From contig NZ_JACHCP010000012.1 in NCBI RefSeq assembly GCF_014207185.1, positions 86,158-110,157 on the forward strand: a DNA stretch of 24,000 bases, read 5' to 3'. Source of the DNA: Rhodanobacter sp. A1T4. Its GTDB lineage: Bacteria; Pseudomonadota; Gammaproteobacteria; Xanthomonadales; Rhodanobacteraceae. The position numbers were made by a program, and so were the translations under genes. Below the pieces are notes generated by a model. The model did not search any database. It was not told the DNA's origin and saw only the letters and a list, made by a program, of their open reading frames with translations. Shown here piece after piece: positions 15,431-24,000 of this stretch. Numbering within the stretch: the stretch's first letter is position 1; every line of letters begins with the position of its first letter.

Positions 15431-18400
15431 TCAAAGAAAACGCATGTCGCTCGCCTTGCGCAATCGACGCAAGATCAGCAGATGGAAGGCTGCGGGGAGA
15501 ACGAGCATGGATAGCAATGGCGCAGTGAGCATGCCGCCGATCATCGGGGCGGCAATGCGCTGCATCACTTCAGAGCCCGCGCCGTGGCCCAGAAGAATGG
15601 GAAAGAGGCCCGCGAGAATCACGGCGACGGTCATCGCCTTGGGCCGCACGCGCTGTACTGCGCCTTCGCGGATCGCTTCGTCGAGTGCAGCGGGTCCTGC
15701 CTGTGGATCGAGTGTCAGTTGTCGCTGCCATGCGTGGTCGAGATAGAGCAACATCACGACACCAAACTCGGCGGCAACACCGGCCAAGGCGATAAAGCCG
15801 ATCATCGTGGCGACCGACACGGCGTGCCCTAGCAACCAGATCAACCACAATCCGCCCACGAGAGCGAGCGGCACACTCGCCATGATCAGGGCCGCTTCAC
15901 TGGCACGGCGAAACACCGCATAGATCAGCCCAAAGATGATGACCAAGGCAATCGGCACGACAAGTTTGAGCCGCGCCATTGCACTGGCCAGATACTCGAA
16001 TTGACCCGACCAAGCGACCGTGACACCGGGCGGCAACATCACCTGTTTTGCCACCGCTCGTTGCAGATCCGTCACAACAGTGCCGAGGTCACGTCCACTC
16101 GTGTCGATATAGACGTAAGTGGCTAACTGGCCGTTTTCGCTTTTCAGCATCGGAGGACCCATCGTCAACGTGACGTCGGCAATCTGGCCGAGAGTCAGTT
16201 GCGCACCGCTCGCCGCGAGGATCGGTAGCTGCCGTAACGCCGCGACCGAATCACGATCAACCCGTGGATAACGGACGACGATCGGATAGCGTTCTCTGCC
16301 CTCGACCGCTTGCCCGATCGGATCGCCACCCACAACCGTCGCGATCAGCTCCTGGACCTTCTGTTGCGTCAATCCATAGCGCGCTGCGTCTTCGCGACGA
16401 AGATGCACATCGACGTAGCGAGCGCCCTCGGCTCGCTCGGCAATGGCCGAACTCACTCCGGGTACGGTCTTGGCGACCGCTTCGACTTTGTCGGCCACTG
16501 TTTGCAACGTGGATGGATCGGGCCCAAGCACTTTGATGCCGATAGGACTCTTGATACCGGTTGCCAACATGTCGATGCGATTGCGAATCGGTGGCACGAA
16601 GAGGTTCGTCAGTCCGGGCACGTGCACCGCCTTGTCCAGTTCGACTTTGAGCTTCGCCATGGTCATACCGGGACGCCATTGGTCCTTTGGCTTGAAGGTG
16701 ATGGTCGTTTCGAACATTTCCAACGGCGCCGGATCAGTGGCGCTTTCCGCACGTCCAGCCTTTCCGAAGACGTGATCGACCTCCGGCACCGTCTTGATCA
16801 TGCGGTCAGTCAGCTGCAAGATCTGCGACGCTTTGCCAGCGGATAAACCCGGTAGCGCAGTCGGCATGTACAGCAACGTGCCCTCGTCCATGGGCGGCAT
16901 AAACTCGCTGCCTAACTGGGTCAACGGAATGGCCGCACTGAGCAAAATAATCCCGGCCATGAGCAAGGTCATCTTGGGAAAGCGCAGCACGGCATTCAGA
17001 ATCGGTCGATACAGAGCGATCAGGCCACGATTGAGCGGATTATGGTTTTCAGCGCGAATCCGTCCACGCACCAGATACCCCATCAGCACCGGCACCAGAG
17101 TGACCGCCAAACCAGCCGCGGCAGCCATGGCGTAGGTCTTGGTGAACGCGAGTGGCTTGAACAGCTTGCCTTCCTGGCCTTCGAGCGCGAATACGGGCAC
17201 GAATGACAACGCGATGATCAGCAGGCTGACAAAGAGTGCTGGCCCGACCTCAGCCGCTGACTCGGCGATCATCGCCCAACGCGAGGCACCTTGGGGTTCT
17301 TTCCCATCGTTTGCATCGCGCCAATGTTCCAGATGCTTGTGCGTATTTTCGATCATCACCACGGCGGCATCGATCATGGCGCCTATGGCAATCGCGATAC
17401 CGCCCAGAGACATCAGATTGGCCGACACACCTTGCAGATGCATCACCATGAAAGCGGTCAGCACACCCAACGGCAAGGTGATCACCGCGACCAGTGCCGA
17501 GCGCAAATGGCCAAGGAACAGCACGCACACCAACGCAACGACGAGAAATTCCTCCAGCAATTTGCCCCACAGGTTTTCAACGGCGGCATCAATCAGCTGT
17601 GAGCGATCGTAGGTGGGCACTATCTCAACGCCAGGGGGCAAGCTGCGTTTCAGCTCGTCGAGCTTGGCCTTCACGGCGGCGATCGCGGCTTTGGCGTTCT
17701 TGCCTGTGCGCAACACAATCACGCCACCGGCAACTTCGCCTTGGCCATCCAGTTCGGTGATGCCACGCCGAAAACTGGGGCCTCGCCTTACTGTCGCAAC
17801 GTCGCGCAATAGCACCGGCACGCCGCTGGCGTTGATGGTGATTGGCACACGCTCAAAGTCCTCGCTGCTGCGAAGATAGCCTTCGCTGCGCACCATCAGT
17901 TCGGCTTCACCTTGTTCGATCACCGAGCCACCATTCGCACCGTTGGCCTCGCGGACTGCCTCGACCAATTGCGAAATGGTGACGTTGCGGGCGGCTAACT
18001 GATTCGGATCAGGCACGATCTGCCAGGCGCGTTCCATGCCGCCGAGACTTGCCACTTCGGCGACATCCGGAACGGTCTTGAGCTGAAAGCGCAAGAACCA
18101 ATCCTGCAGTGCGCGAAGCTGGCCAATGTCATGTTTGCCCGTACGATCGACCAAGGCGTACTCGTAGATCCAACCCAGACCGGTTGCGTCCGGGCCCAGC
18201 GTCGGGGAGACGCCTGCCGGCAAACGATCGCGTACCTGACTGAGGTATTCGAGTACCCGTGAGCGGGCCCAATAGAGATCCGTGCTGTCATCGAACAGCA
18301 CGTAGACATACGAATCCCCGAAGAATGAATATCCGCGTACCGTCTTGGCTCCCGGTACGGAGAGCATGGTGGTGACCAGCGGATAGGTAACCTGATCCTC

Positions 18401-18583
18401 GACTATCTGGGGTGATTGACCGGGCCAGTTCGTACGTACGATCACCTGGGTGTCGGACAGATCCGGCAGCGCATCAACCGGCGTGTGCAGGGCGGCGAAC
18501 ACGCCAGCAAGCGCCAACGCCAATGCGGCGAGCAGGACAAATACGCGATGCGCGATCGCTGCGCGAATAAGGGCGGCGATCAT
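15431..18583 (-). CDS. cusA: CusA-type heavy-metal (Cu+/Ag+) RND efflux pump, inner-membrane subunit
   Basis: 1050 aa, collinear with recalled E. coli CusA from the N-terminus ([17 protein letters not shown]) to the C-terminus. The three-methionine Cu(I)/Ag(I) site contexts are conserved: [35 protein letters not shown]. These correspond to M573/M623/M672 in E. coli numbering, from memory. Confidence 0.95.
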   Translation of the reverse strand: MIAALIRAAIAHRVFVLLAALALALAGVFAALHTPVDALPDLSDTQVIVRTNWPGQSPQIVEDQVTYPLVTTMLSVPGAKTVRGYSFFGDSYVYVLFDDSTDLYWARSRVLEYLSQVRDRLPAGVSPTLGPDATGLGWIYEYALVDRTGKHDIGQLRALQDWFLRFQLKTVPDVAEVASLGGMERAWQIVPDPNQLAARNVTISQLVEAVREANGANGGSVIEQGEAELMVRSEGYLRSSEDFERVPITINASGVPVLLRDVATVRRGPSFRRGITELDGQGEVAGGVIVLRTGKNAKAAIAAVKAKLDELKRSLPPGVEIVPTYDRSQLIDAAVENLWGKLLEEFLVVALVCVLFLGHLRSALVAVITLPLGVLTAFMVMHLQGVSANLMSLGGIAIAIGAMIDAAVVMIENTHKHLEHWRDANDGKEPQGASRWAMIAESAAEVGPALFVSLLIIALSFVPVFALEGQEGKLFKPLAFTKTYAMAAAAGLAVTLVPVLMGYLVRGRIRAENHNPLNRGLIALYRPILNAVLRFPKMTLLMAGIILLSAAIPLTQLGSEFMPPMDEGTLLYMPTALPGLSAGKASQILQLTDRMIKTVPEVDHVFGKAGRAESATDPAPLEMFETTITFKPKDQWRPGMTMAKLKVELDKAVHVPGLTNLFVPPIRNRIDMLATGIKSPIGIKVLGPDPSTLQTVADKVEAVAKTVPGVSSAIAERAEGARYVDVHLRREDAARYGLTQQKVQELIATVVGGDPIGQAVEGRERYPIVVRYPRVDRDSVAALRQLPILAASGAQLTLGQIADVTLTMGPPMLKSENGQLATYVYIDTSGRDLGTVVTDLQRAVAKQVMLPPGVTVAWSGQFEYLASAMARLKLVVPIALVIIFGLIYAVFRRASEAALIMASVPLALVGGLWLIWLLGHAVSVATMIGFIALAGVAAEFGVVMLLYLDHAWQRQLTLDPQAGPAALDEAIREGAVQRVRPKAMTVAVILAGLFPILLGHGAGSEVMQRIAAPMIGGMLTAPLLSMLVLPAAFHLLILRRLRKASDMRFL

Positions 18584-19869
18584 GGGTTTGTCCCCATCGT
18601 CATGCCCGGCATGGCAACGCTGGACGCGGGTGCCGGTGGGTCATCCAGGCGTTCCAATGCGCCGGACAAGCTGGCTTCCGAATCGATGAGGAATTGGCCG
18701 GACACCACTACCTTTTCGCCGCCAGCGAGCCCCTCGAGAATTTCGGTATAGCCCCCTGCCGCGCGTCCTGTGCGAACGGCAATGGCACGGAAATGGCCGC
18801 CGTCTTCGGCAACGATCACGCGCGTGTCGGCGCCCGACGCAATCAGTGCATCGTCGGGCACGACCGGCACAGCCTTGCCGGACGCCGGATCAAGCTGCAC
18901 CGTCGCGAACATGCCCGGACTCAACACCCCGTCGGGATTGGCGAGGACGATGCGCATGTGCTGCGTTCGGGTTGTCATGTCGATGTCGGGTAGCAACGAT
19001 TCGACGTGGCCATGAAATACCTGTCCTGGCAGCGCGTCGATACTCACGGTGACCGGTGTGTCGGCGCGCATCGTGCCGGCCACCGACTGCGGCAAAGCGG
19101 CGTCTACCCATACAGTGGAAATGCCGTTGATCGTCATCAACGTTTGACCCGCGTTGACACGTTGACCTTCACGCACGTCCAGTGTGCTGAGAACGCCGGC
19201 CTGCGGGGCTCGCAACGTAATCTGACCGTTGCTTCCCATCGAACGACTATCCGCCGGAGATAGACCGAGCACCCTCAGGCGTTGTTGCGCCGCGCCGCGC
19301 AAGGCCTTGGCCTCTGTTGATTGCACGTGCTGCAACGCTTGGGCTTCAGCCACGGCGCTGCTCCATTGAGGAGCCAACACGTCGGCGAGAGGCGCACCTG
19401 CCTTGACGCTCGCGTAAGGAGTGCGCACGTAGAGCTTGTTCACCACCGCGTCGACGCGAGCACTGACGACCACAGCCTGACTCAGGTCCCAACCGATTGT
19501 GCCGGGCACTTGTACCGTTGCCGACAGCATGCGGCGCTCAACCGGAGCGGTACGCACGCCGAGGTTTTGTACGGTCGCGGCATCAATGCTTACGGTGTTC
19601 GGGTCAGCGTCGGCGTTGGCGTATTTGGGCACCATCTGCATGCCCATCGACGATAGCCCCGGCTTGTCCGAATGCTGCGCGGGCACCATCGGGTCATACC
19701 AGTACAGCACTTTCGCGGTTGCGGTCTGCGCGGGCGATCCTGTGCCGACAGAATGATCGGCGGACGTTCCATCTTGAGCACCGTCGTGGTGGCGATCTAT
19801 CAAATACGCGCCGACCGCAGTAACCAACAGCCCTGCGAGGATGGAAGAAATCAACAGTGCGCGTTTCAT
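18580..19869 (-). CDS. cusB: CusB-type periplasmic adaptor (membrane fusion protein)
   Basis: 429 aa. [28 protein letters not shown] matches the CusB N-terminal Met-rich metal site region. ATGA overlaps with both neighbours (19866-19869 and 18580-18583) imply translational coupling. Confidence 0.9.
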   Translation of the reverse strand: MKRALLISSILAGLLVTAVGAYLIDRHHDGAQDGTSADHSVGTGSPAQTATAKVLYWYDPMVPAQHSDKPGLSSMGMQMVPKYANADADPNTVSIDAATVQNLGVRTAPVERRMLSATVQVPGTIGWDLSQAVVVSARVDAVVNKLYVRTPYASVKAGAPLADVLAPQWSSAVAEAQALQHVQSTEAKALRGAAQQRLRVLGLSPADSRSMGSNGQITLRAPQAGVLSTLDVREGQRVNAGQTLMTINGISTVWVDAALPQSVAGTMRADTPVTVSIDALPGQVFHGHVESLLPDIDMTTRTQHMRIVLANPDGVLSPGMFATVQLDPASGKAVPVVPDDALIASGADTRVIVAEDGGHFRAIAVRTGRAAGGYTEILEGLAGGEKVVVSGQFLIDSEASLSGALERLDDPPAPASSVAMPGMTMGTNP

Positions 19870-21158
19870 GGAGAATCCCCTTCAGGCAGTAAATAGGTCA
19901 GGGCTGCCCAGGCACGGCCGTAGTCGGTCAACATGCGGGCGTAGTCGGTGTGATGAGTAATTTCGGCACGACGCGCTTCGAGGAGAGGCTCGATGTCGCC
20001 GCCACCCCGATAGGTCGCCAAGGCCAGCGCGGCACGATCGTTGGCTTGCGGTAGAAGCTCGTTGACATGCCGACGCGTCTGTCGTCCCAGCGCATCCCAT
20101 TGCGCCCAACCCGTCTGCACGGCTTCTGCTTGCTGACGCTTCGCGTCGTCGTGCTCTGCACGAACCGCATCCAGATCGGCCGAGCGGGCACTGATGCCGC
20201 GATCCTGTCGATTGCGCGTAAACAGCGGCAACGACACGCCCACCTGGAGCGACACCATGTCGGATAACCCTCGAACACGAGAGCCGTAAGTCAAACCAAC
20301 GCTCCACTCCGGATGCTTCTCGGCCTCAGCCTCGGCCAGCGCAGCTTCGGCTTCCTGCTCGCGTGCAGGCCAGTCCAGGAGATTGCCTTGCCGATCAACA
20401 CTGGTCAGCAACGAGGGCTCGTCATGGGGCAGCACAGAAAAATCGGGCGGATCAGCAAGCGGTTCGGTGACGGGATGGCCCAACCAGCGGCCTAAAGCTG
20501 CGCGAGCCTGGGTCTCGCGTGAGGTCACATCATCGATGCGATTCTCCAAGTCGAGGGCCTCCATCCGCATCGCGAGAACGTCAGCTGCTGATCCGGCACC
20601 CCCTCGCAATCTCGCTTGAGCGACCTCAACATCCACGGCCCACTCGCGTCGCATGGACTGCAGCATCTTCAATTCATGGTGGGCGCCCCAGGCATTTACC
20701 CAGGCATCCGCCACTTGTTGCTCGATCCCTAACCGAGTCATCACCGTGGTCGATGTGGCCTGCTCGACGTTGGCGTCGGCGAGGTCACGCTGGGCTTGGC
20801 GTTTAGCCCTTGATGGCAGCACCTGTGTAAGCCCCACCGTGCGCATCGTCATCGTGTCCCCACCGGCTGTAAATGCACCCGCTCCCTGGATAGCGAGATT
20901 GTCGATACCGACGGAAAGCTGCGGATCCGGCAAGGCGCCGGCACGCGCGGCCTCCTCATGGGCCGATTGCTGTTGGGCGTAGCGTGCCTCCAGCAATGGC
21001 GCTTGCGAGGCTGCTTGCCGTGTCGCGGTTTCCAGCGTTAGAGGTGACGCCGGATCGTCAGCCCAAGCAGGCGACACGAAGAAAATAGCGGCGGCCATCA
21101 ATAGGCAACGCCGAACACGGACCGACAAGGTCCGCGTCAAGATTTGTTGGCAAAACAT
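19866..21158 (-). CDS. cusC: Outer-membrane factor of the HME-RND system (CusC/CzcC, TolC family)
   Basis: I start it at ATG 21158 (Met18 of the track ORF), which has GGAG 6 nt upstream. The signal peptide ends ..SPAWA-DD and has no lipobox Cys. The CzcC-like motif GALPDPQLSVGIDNLAIQG is present. Confidence 0.85.
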   Translation of the reverse strand: MFCQQILTRTLSVRVRRCLLMAAAIFFVSPAWADDPASPLTLETATRQAASQAPLLEARYAQQQSAHEEAARAGALPDPQLSVGIDNLAIQGAGAFTAGGDTMTMRTVGLTQVLPSRAKRQAQRDLADANVEQATSTTVMTRLGIEQQVADAWVNAWGAHHELKMLQSMRREWAVDVEVAQARLRGGAGSAADVLAMRMEALDLENRIDDVTSRETQARAALGRWLGHPVTEPLADPPDFSVLPHDEPSLLTSVDRQGNLLDWPAREQEAEAALAEAEAEKHPEWSVGLTYGSRVRGLSDMVSLQVGVSLPLFTRNRQDRGISARSADLDAVRAEHDDAKRQQAEAVQTGWAQWDALGRQTRRHVNELLPQANDRAALALATYRGGGDIEPLLEARRAEITHHTDYARMLTDYGRAWAALTYLLPEGDSP

Positions 21159-21230
21159 GGATAGCTCCGATGACAAGACCGTACGGGCCATGCACGCAGG
21201 CATGACCACCGAATGGCTAGCAATCGAGGG

Positions 21231-21638
21231 CTAAATCAGAAGGGTGCAGAACCGCAACATGGGCGGTGGATCAGAGCGATACTTCGAAATGCTTGGCAAT
21301 GCTCTCAGCGCAGGCGCGCTGGCGCCCAGTAGAGCGGGCGACTGCGAAGGTAACAAGACAGGGGGCACCGTCAGGGCATGCGCGTCCTGAGAAGAAGTCA
21401 CGTTGTTACTGCAGTGCTCAACGCACCGAAGATCCGACGTGACATGAACGTGAGCGAACGATACCTTCGAGCCTGTCCGCATCGCGGCACATTCACCCGT
21501 CAAGGCAGCATGCGCTGGTACCGTCGGGAGTGTGCAGACATAGCTAGCCATGGCCAGCTGCTGAAAAAACAGACAAAACAATACCGCCCATACCCAAAGG
21601 GCACGGCGACGGCGACTGAGGTAGTAAGGCCTGTTCAT
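21231..21638 (-). CDS. small membrane-anchored Cys/His-rich protein, first gene of the cus operon (CzcI/DUF2946-like guess)
   Basis: 135 aa. The N-terminus has basic residues then a TM segment (RRRRALWVWAVLFCLFFQQLAMA). It contains 6 Cys and 6 His, including FAHVHV and CVEHC. It lies 21 nt upstream of cusC on the same strand. The family assignment is a guess. Confidence 0.6.
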   Translation of the reverse strand: MNRPYYLSRRRRALWVWAVLFCLFFQQLAMASYVCTLPTVPAHAALTGECAAMRTGSKVSFAHVHVTSDLRCVEHCSNNVTSSQDAHALTVPPVLLPSQSPALLGASAPALRALPSISKYRSDPPPMLRFCTLLI

Positions 21639-21931
21639 GCTCCCTAAAACGATAACACACGTTACAGCAGCGGCTAGCGCGCGCGGCTCCGCCTTCAGTA
21701 GTACCTGGCTTTAGAGGCTCGGCGGCATAATCGCCGGTTGTTTTGCATTGGCGGCGGTTGTCAGGCTGCCGGGGCTTTATATTCGCGTCGCCATGCTTCG
21801 ACCGGGTGGCCTAGGGCCATGACGACTCTCGCACGTACTTTAGGCAGTCGAATCTATCTACGCTTTAGTGTCATGCCCACGCTGGCCTGCTAAGTTGTGC
21901 ATTGTGCCGATTGTCAATTAAGGGGACTGCC

Positions 21932-22882
21932 ATGATTCGCCGCTATCGCCTCGCCGCTGTGCTGGCATGTCTTGTGTTTGCGCTACCGGCGCTGGCTGAA
22001 AAGGAAAAGGCCAAGCCAACGCCAACCACGGCAGAGTTATTGGCGAAGTCCACACCGGCCGAGTGGCGCAGGCCCGACCCAGAGAATCTGCTGGTGATGC
22101 AACTGGCCAACGGTCGCGTGCTGATCGAGCTGGCGCCGGATTTCACACCACTGCATGCGGCCAACATCCGCACGCTGGTGCGCCAGCACTATTTCGACGG
22201 CCTGGCAATCGTGCGGGTGCAGGACAACTTCGTAGCCCAATGGGACGACCCCGCCGGCGATGACAACGGCGACAAATCCAGGATCCGATCGCTGGGCAAG
22301 GCCAAGGCTACCGTGCCGCCGGAATTCACTCGCCCGATCGACGCCAAGCTGCCGTGGACCAAACTGCCCGATGGCGATGTCTATGCACCGGAAGTCGGTT
22401 TCTCCGAAGGCTTTCCGGTAGCGCGAGATCCAGCCAGCGGACAGGAATGGCTTACACACTGCTATGGCATGGTCGGCGTAGGCCGCGACAACGGACCGGA
22501 AACCGGTAACGGTAGCGCCCTGTACGCGGTGATCGGTCAGTCGCCACGCCGGCTGGATCGCAACCTGGCAGTGATCGGCCGCGTGCTTGACGGCATGCCG
22601 CTGCTGTCCAGCCTGCCACGCGGTGCAGGGCCGATGGGCTTTTACGACAAGCCATCGCAGCAGATCAGCATCCAATCCGTGCAGTTGGCGGCCGATCTAC
22701 CCGCCGCACAGCAGCCAGCGATTGAAGTGCTGCGTACCGACAGCAAAACCTTTTCGGCGTTGATCGACGCCAAGCGCAACCGCCGCGATGCGTTCTATAC
22801 CGTACCAGCCGGAAAGGTCGATATCTGCAGTATCGATGTACCGATGCGCGAAGTCACTACCACGATAACCGGCAAGTATTGA
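21932..22882 (+). CDS. periplasmic cyclophilin-type peptidyl-prolyl cis-trans isomerase
   Basis: Start moved to ATG 21932, with an AAGGGGA SD upstream. The signal peptide is MIRRYRLAAVLACLVFALPALA. Cyclophilin blocks seen: GRVLIELAPDFTPLHAANIRTLVRQHYFDGLAIVRV and GNGSALYAVIG...AVIGRVLDGMPLL. Confidence 0.85.
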   Translation: MIRRYRLAAVLACLVFALPALAEKEKAKPTPTTAELLAKSTPAEWRRPDPENLLVMQLANGRVLIELAPDFTPLHAANIRTLVRQHYFDGLAIVRVQDNFVAQWDDPAGDDNGDKSRIRSLGKAKATVPPEFTRPIDAKLPWTKLPDGDVYAPEVGFSEGFPVARDPASGQEWLTHCYGMVGVGRDNGPETGNGSALYAVIGQSPRRLDRNLAVIGRVLDGMPLLSSLPRGAGPMGFYDKPSQQISIQSVQLAADLPAAQQPAIEVLRTDSKTFSALIDAKRNRRDAFYTVPAGKVDICSIDVPMREVTTTITGKY

Positions 22883-22978
22883 TCAGCGCCACAACATTAT
22901 ATTCAGCGTCATCAGCTAGTTTTGTGGACTTGCAGATTTGCGCGTATGCGTTACACCACGTACTGATCGGGAAACCGG

Positions 22979-23572
22979 ATGTTGTTGAGCGATACCTTTA
23001 GCTTCTGGCGAGCATGGTTGCGGGCACCACGCAGCGTCGGTGCCGTGGTCCCGTCAGGGCCATCGCTGGCGCGACTGATGACGCGCCACGTGAATCATCG
23101 TCACGGTCCGGTGATCGAACTGGGACCGGGCACTGGCGTATTCACCCGCGCACTGTTGGCTGGCGGACTGCCAACCCATCGATTGGCGCTGGTGGAAGCC
23201 GATCCGGTCTTTGCCGATGCCTTGACCCAACGTTATCCCGAGGCACGCGTGCTACGCATGGATGCCGCACAGCTGGGAGAGACGCTTCCGCTGTTTGGTG
23301 ACGAGCGTGCCAGTGCGGTGATCAGCGGGCTGCCGTTGCTGTCGATGCCGCCGGAACAGGTCGCCGCGATCATACGCGGTGTTTTCGAACAGCAGCTGCA
23401 TGCCGATGGCGCGCTTTACCAGTTCACCTACGGAACGCGCTGCCCACTGCCGCGCCAGCTGCTCGATCAACTGGATCTCGAAGCCGTTCGCATCGGCAGT
23501 GTGCTGTTCAATCTGCCGCCAGCCACGGTCTATCGGATCGGTCGGCGCCAATGCAAACGCGTCGCGGCTTGA
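22979..23572 (+). CDS. class I SAM-dependent methyltransferase (COG3963 phospholipid N-methyltransferase-like)
   Basis: 197 aa. SAM motif I is VIELGPGTGVFT, and the N-terminal FLRAPRSVGAVVPS-type motif is typical of this group. Confidence 0.75.
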   Translation: MLLSDTFSFWRAWLRAPRSVGAVVPSGPSLARLMTRHVNHRHGPVIELGPGTGVFTRALLAGGLPTHRLALVEADPVFADALTQRYPEARVLRMDAAQLGETLPLFGDERASAVISGLPLLSMPPEQVAAIIRGVFEQQLHADGALYQFTYGTRCPLPRQLLDQLDLEAVRIGSVLFNLPPATVYRIGRRQCKRVAA

Positions 23573-23720
23573 GCGTCAATCCATCGCACGATTGAGTCTG
23601 CACCAGGGATGAGCGGGCTCATTCATGGGCTTTCGCGTACTGCACACATAATCTTTCCATCTATTGCGCTATCAAACCCAACAAAGCCCGTGCTTGCAGA
23701 GCGGAAAAAGGGATCAGTGG

Positions 23721-24000
23721 ATGAAACGCAGCCGCAAGGTGTTGAACTGGATCGCGGGACTATTCTTGGCGCTGATCATCGTATTGGTGATCGTGATTGC
23801 CACCTTCGACTGGAACCGCCTCAAGCCTTTCATCAACGATAACGTCAGCCAGGCCATTGGCCGTCCATTTGCCATCCAGGGTGACCTGAGTGTGGATTGG
23901 CGGCGCGAGCCGACCGAAAGCGGCTGGCGCGCATTGATGCCCTGGCCGGAATTCACCGCACGCGATATCCACATCGGCAATCCAGCATGGGCAGCGAAGC
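23721..24000 (+). CDS. AsmA family protein, N-terminal part (3' end outside the window)
   Basis: Not in the ORF track because no stop is reached. My own translation from ATG 23721 is MKRSRKVLNWIAGLFLALIIVLVIVIATFDWNRLKPFINDNVSQAIGRPFAIQGDLSVDW... This is a typical AsmA N-terminal anchor and motif. Confidence 0.8.
   Translation, partial: MKRSRKVLNWIAGLFLALIIVLVIVIATFDWNRLKPFINDNVSQAIGRPFAIQGDLSVDWRREPTESGWRALMPWPEFTARDIHIGNPAWAAK

Noticed and set aside
15431-21209. Many 60-180-aa ORFs antisense to or out of frame within cusA, cusB and cusC. The same occurs within the TetR, monooxygenase, AKR and PPIase genes.
   Set aside because: These are typical stop-poor shadow frames of GC-rich coding DNA. 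Their translations are R/A/G/P-rich, and each lies wholly inside a strongly supported gene.
21159-21209. Longer cusC start at 21209 (MVMPACMARTVLSSELS...).
   Set aside because: ATG 21158 has a properly spaced GGAG and yields a normal signal peptide. The extension adds 17 residues with no SD.

Overview
The window has two parts.

**Part 1 (1 to ~8.1 kb): accessory block resembling a defence island.** Its GC content is patchy and generally lower than the rest. It contains only unknown-function or defence-associated genes:
- a partial DUF2971 gene that is cut by the window edge;
- a tight same-strand cassette of an unrecognised helical protein, a DUF4238 protein and a second DUF2971 paralog;
- an orphan 414-aa protein;
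- a convergent 954-aa protein built like a STAND/NLR NTPase, with an N-terminal nuclease-like region, a Walker A/B core and a C-terminal helical array.

No integrase or transposase is visible, so the left end of the block lies outside the window. The block ends in a 660-nt non-coding stretch (8089-8749). That stretch carries at least five copies of a ~16-nt motif in both orientations and an 11-bp perfect hairpin.

**Part 2 (~8.75-24 kb): ordinary GC-rich Gram-negative chromosomal genes.** The source is probably gammaproteobacterial and Xanthomonadales-like; this is inference only. The genes are:
- a divergent pair of a TetR regulator and a Tet(X)-like flavin monooxygenase, with twin palindromic operators between them;
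- a short stretch of gene remnants;
- a divergent pair of an AraC regulator and an alpha/beta hydrolase;
- a DUF4142 secreted protein;
- gpr/yghZ aldo-keto reductase;
- a cusCBA-type Cu(I)/Ag(I) RND efflux operon, preceded by a small Cys/His-rich protein;
- a periplasmic cyclophilin;
- a COG3963-like SAM methyltransferase;
- the start of an AsmA-family gene.

The best candidates for something undescribed are the DUF4238-centred three-gene cassette and the STAND-like NTPase. No rRNA, tRNA or CRISPR array was found.
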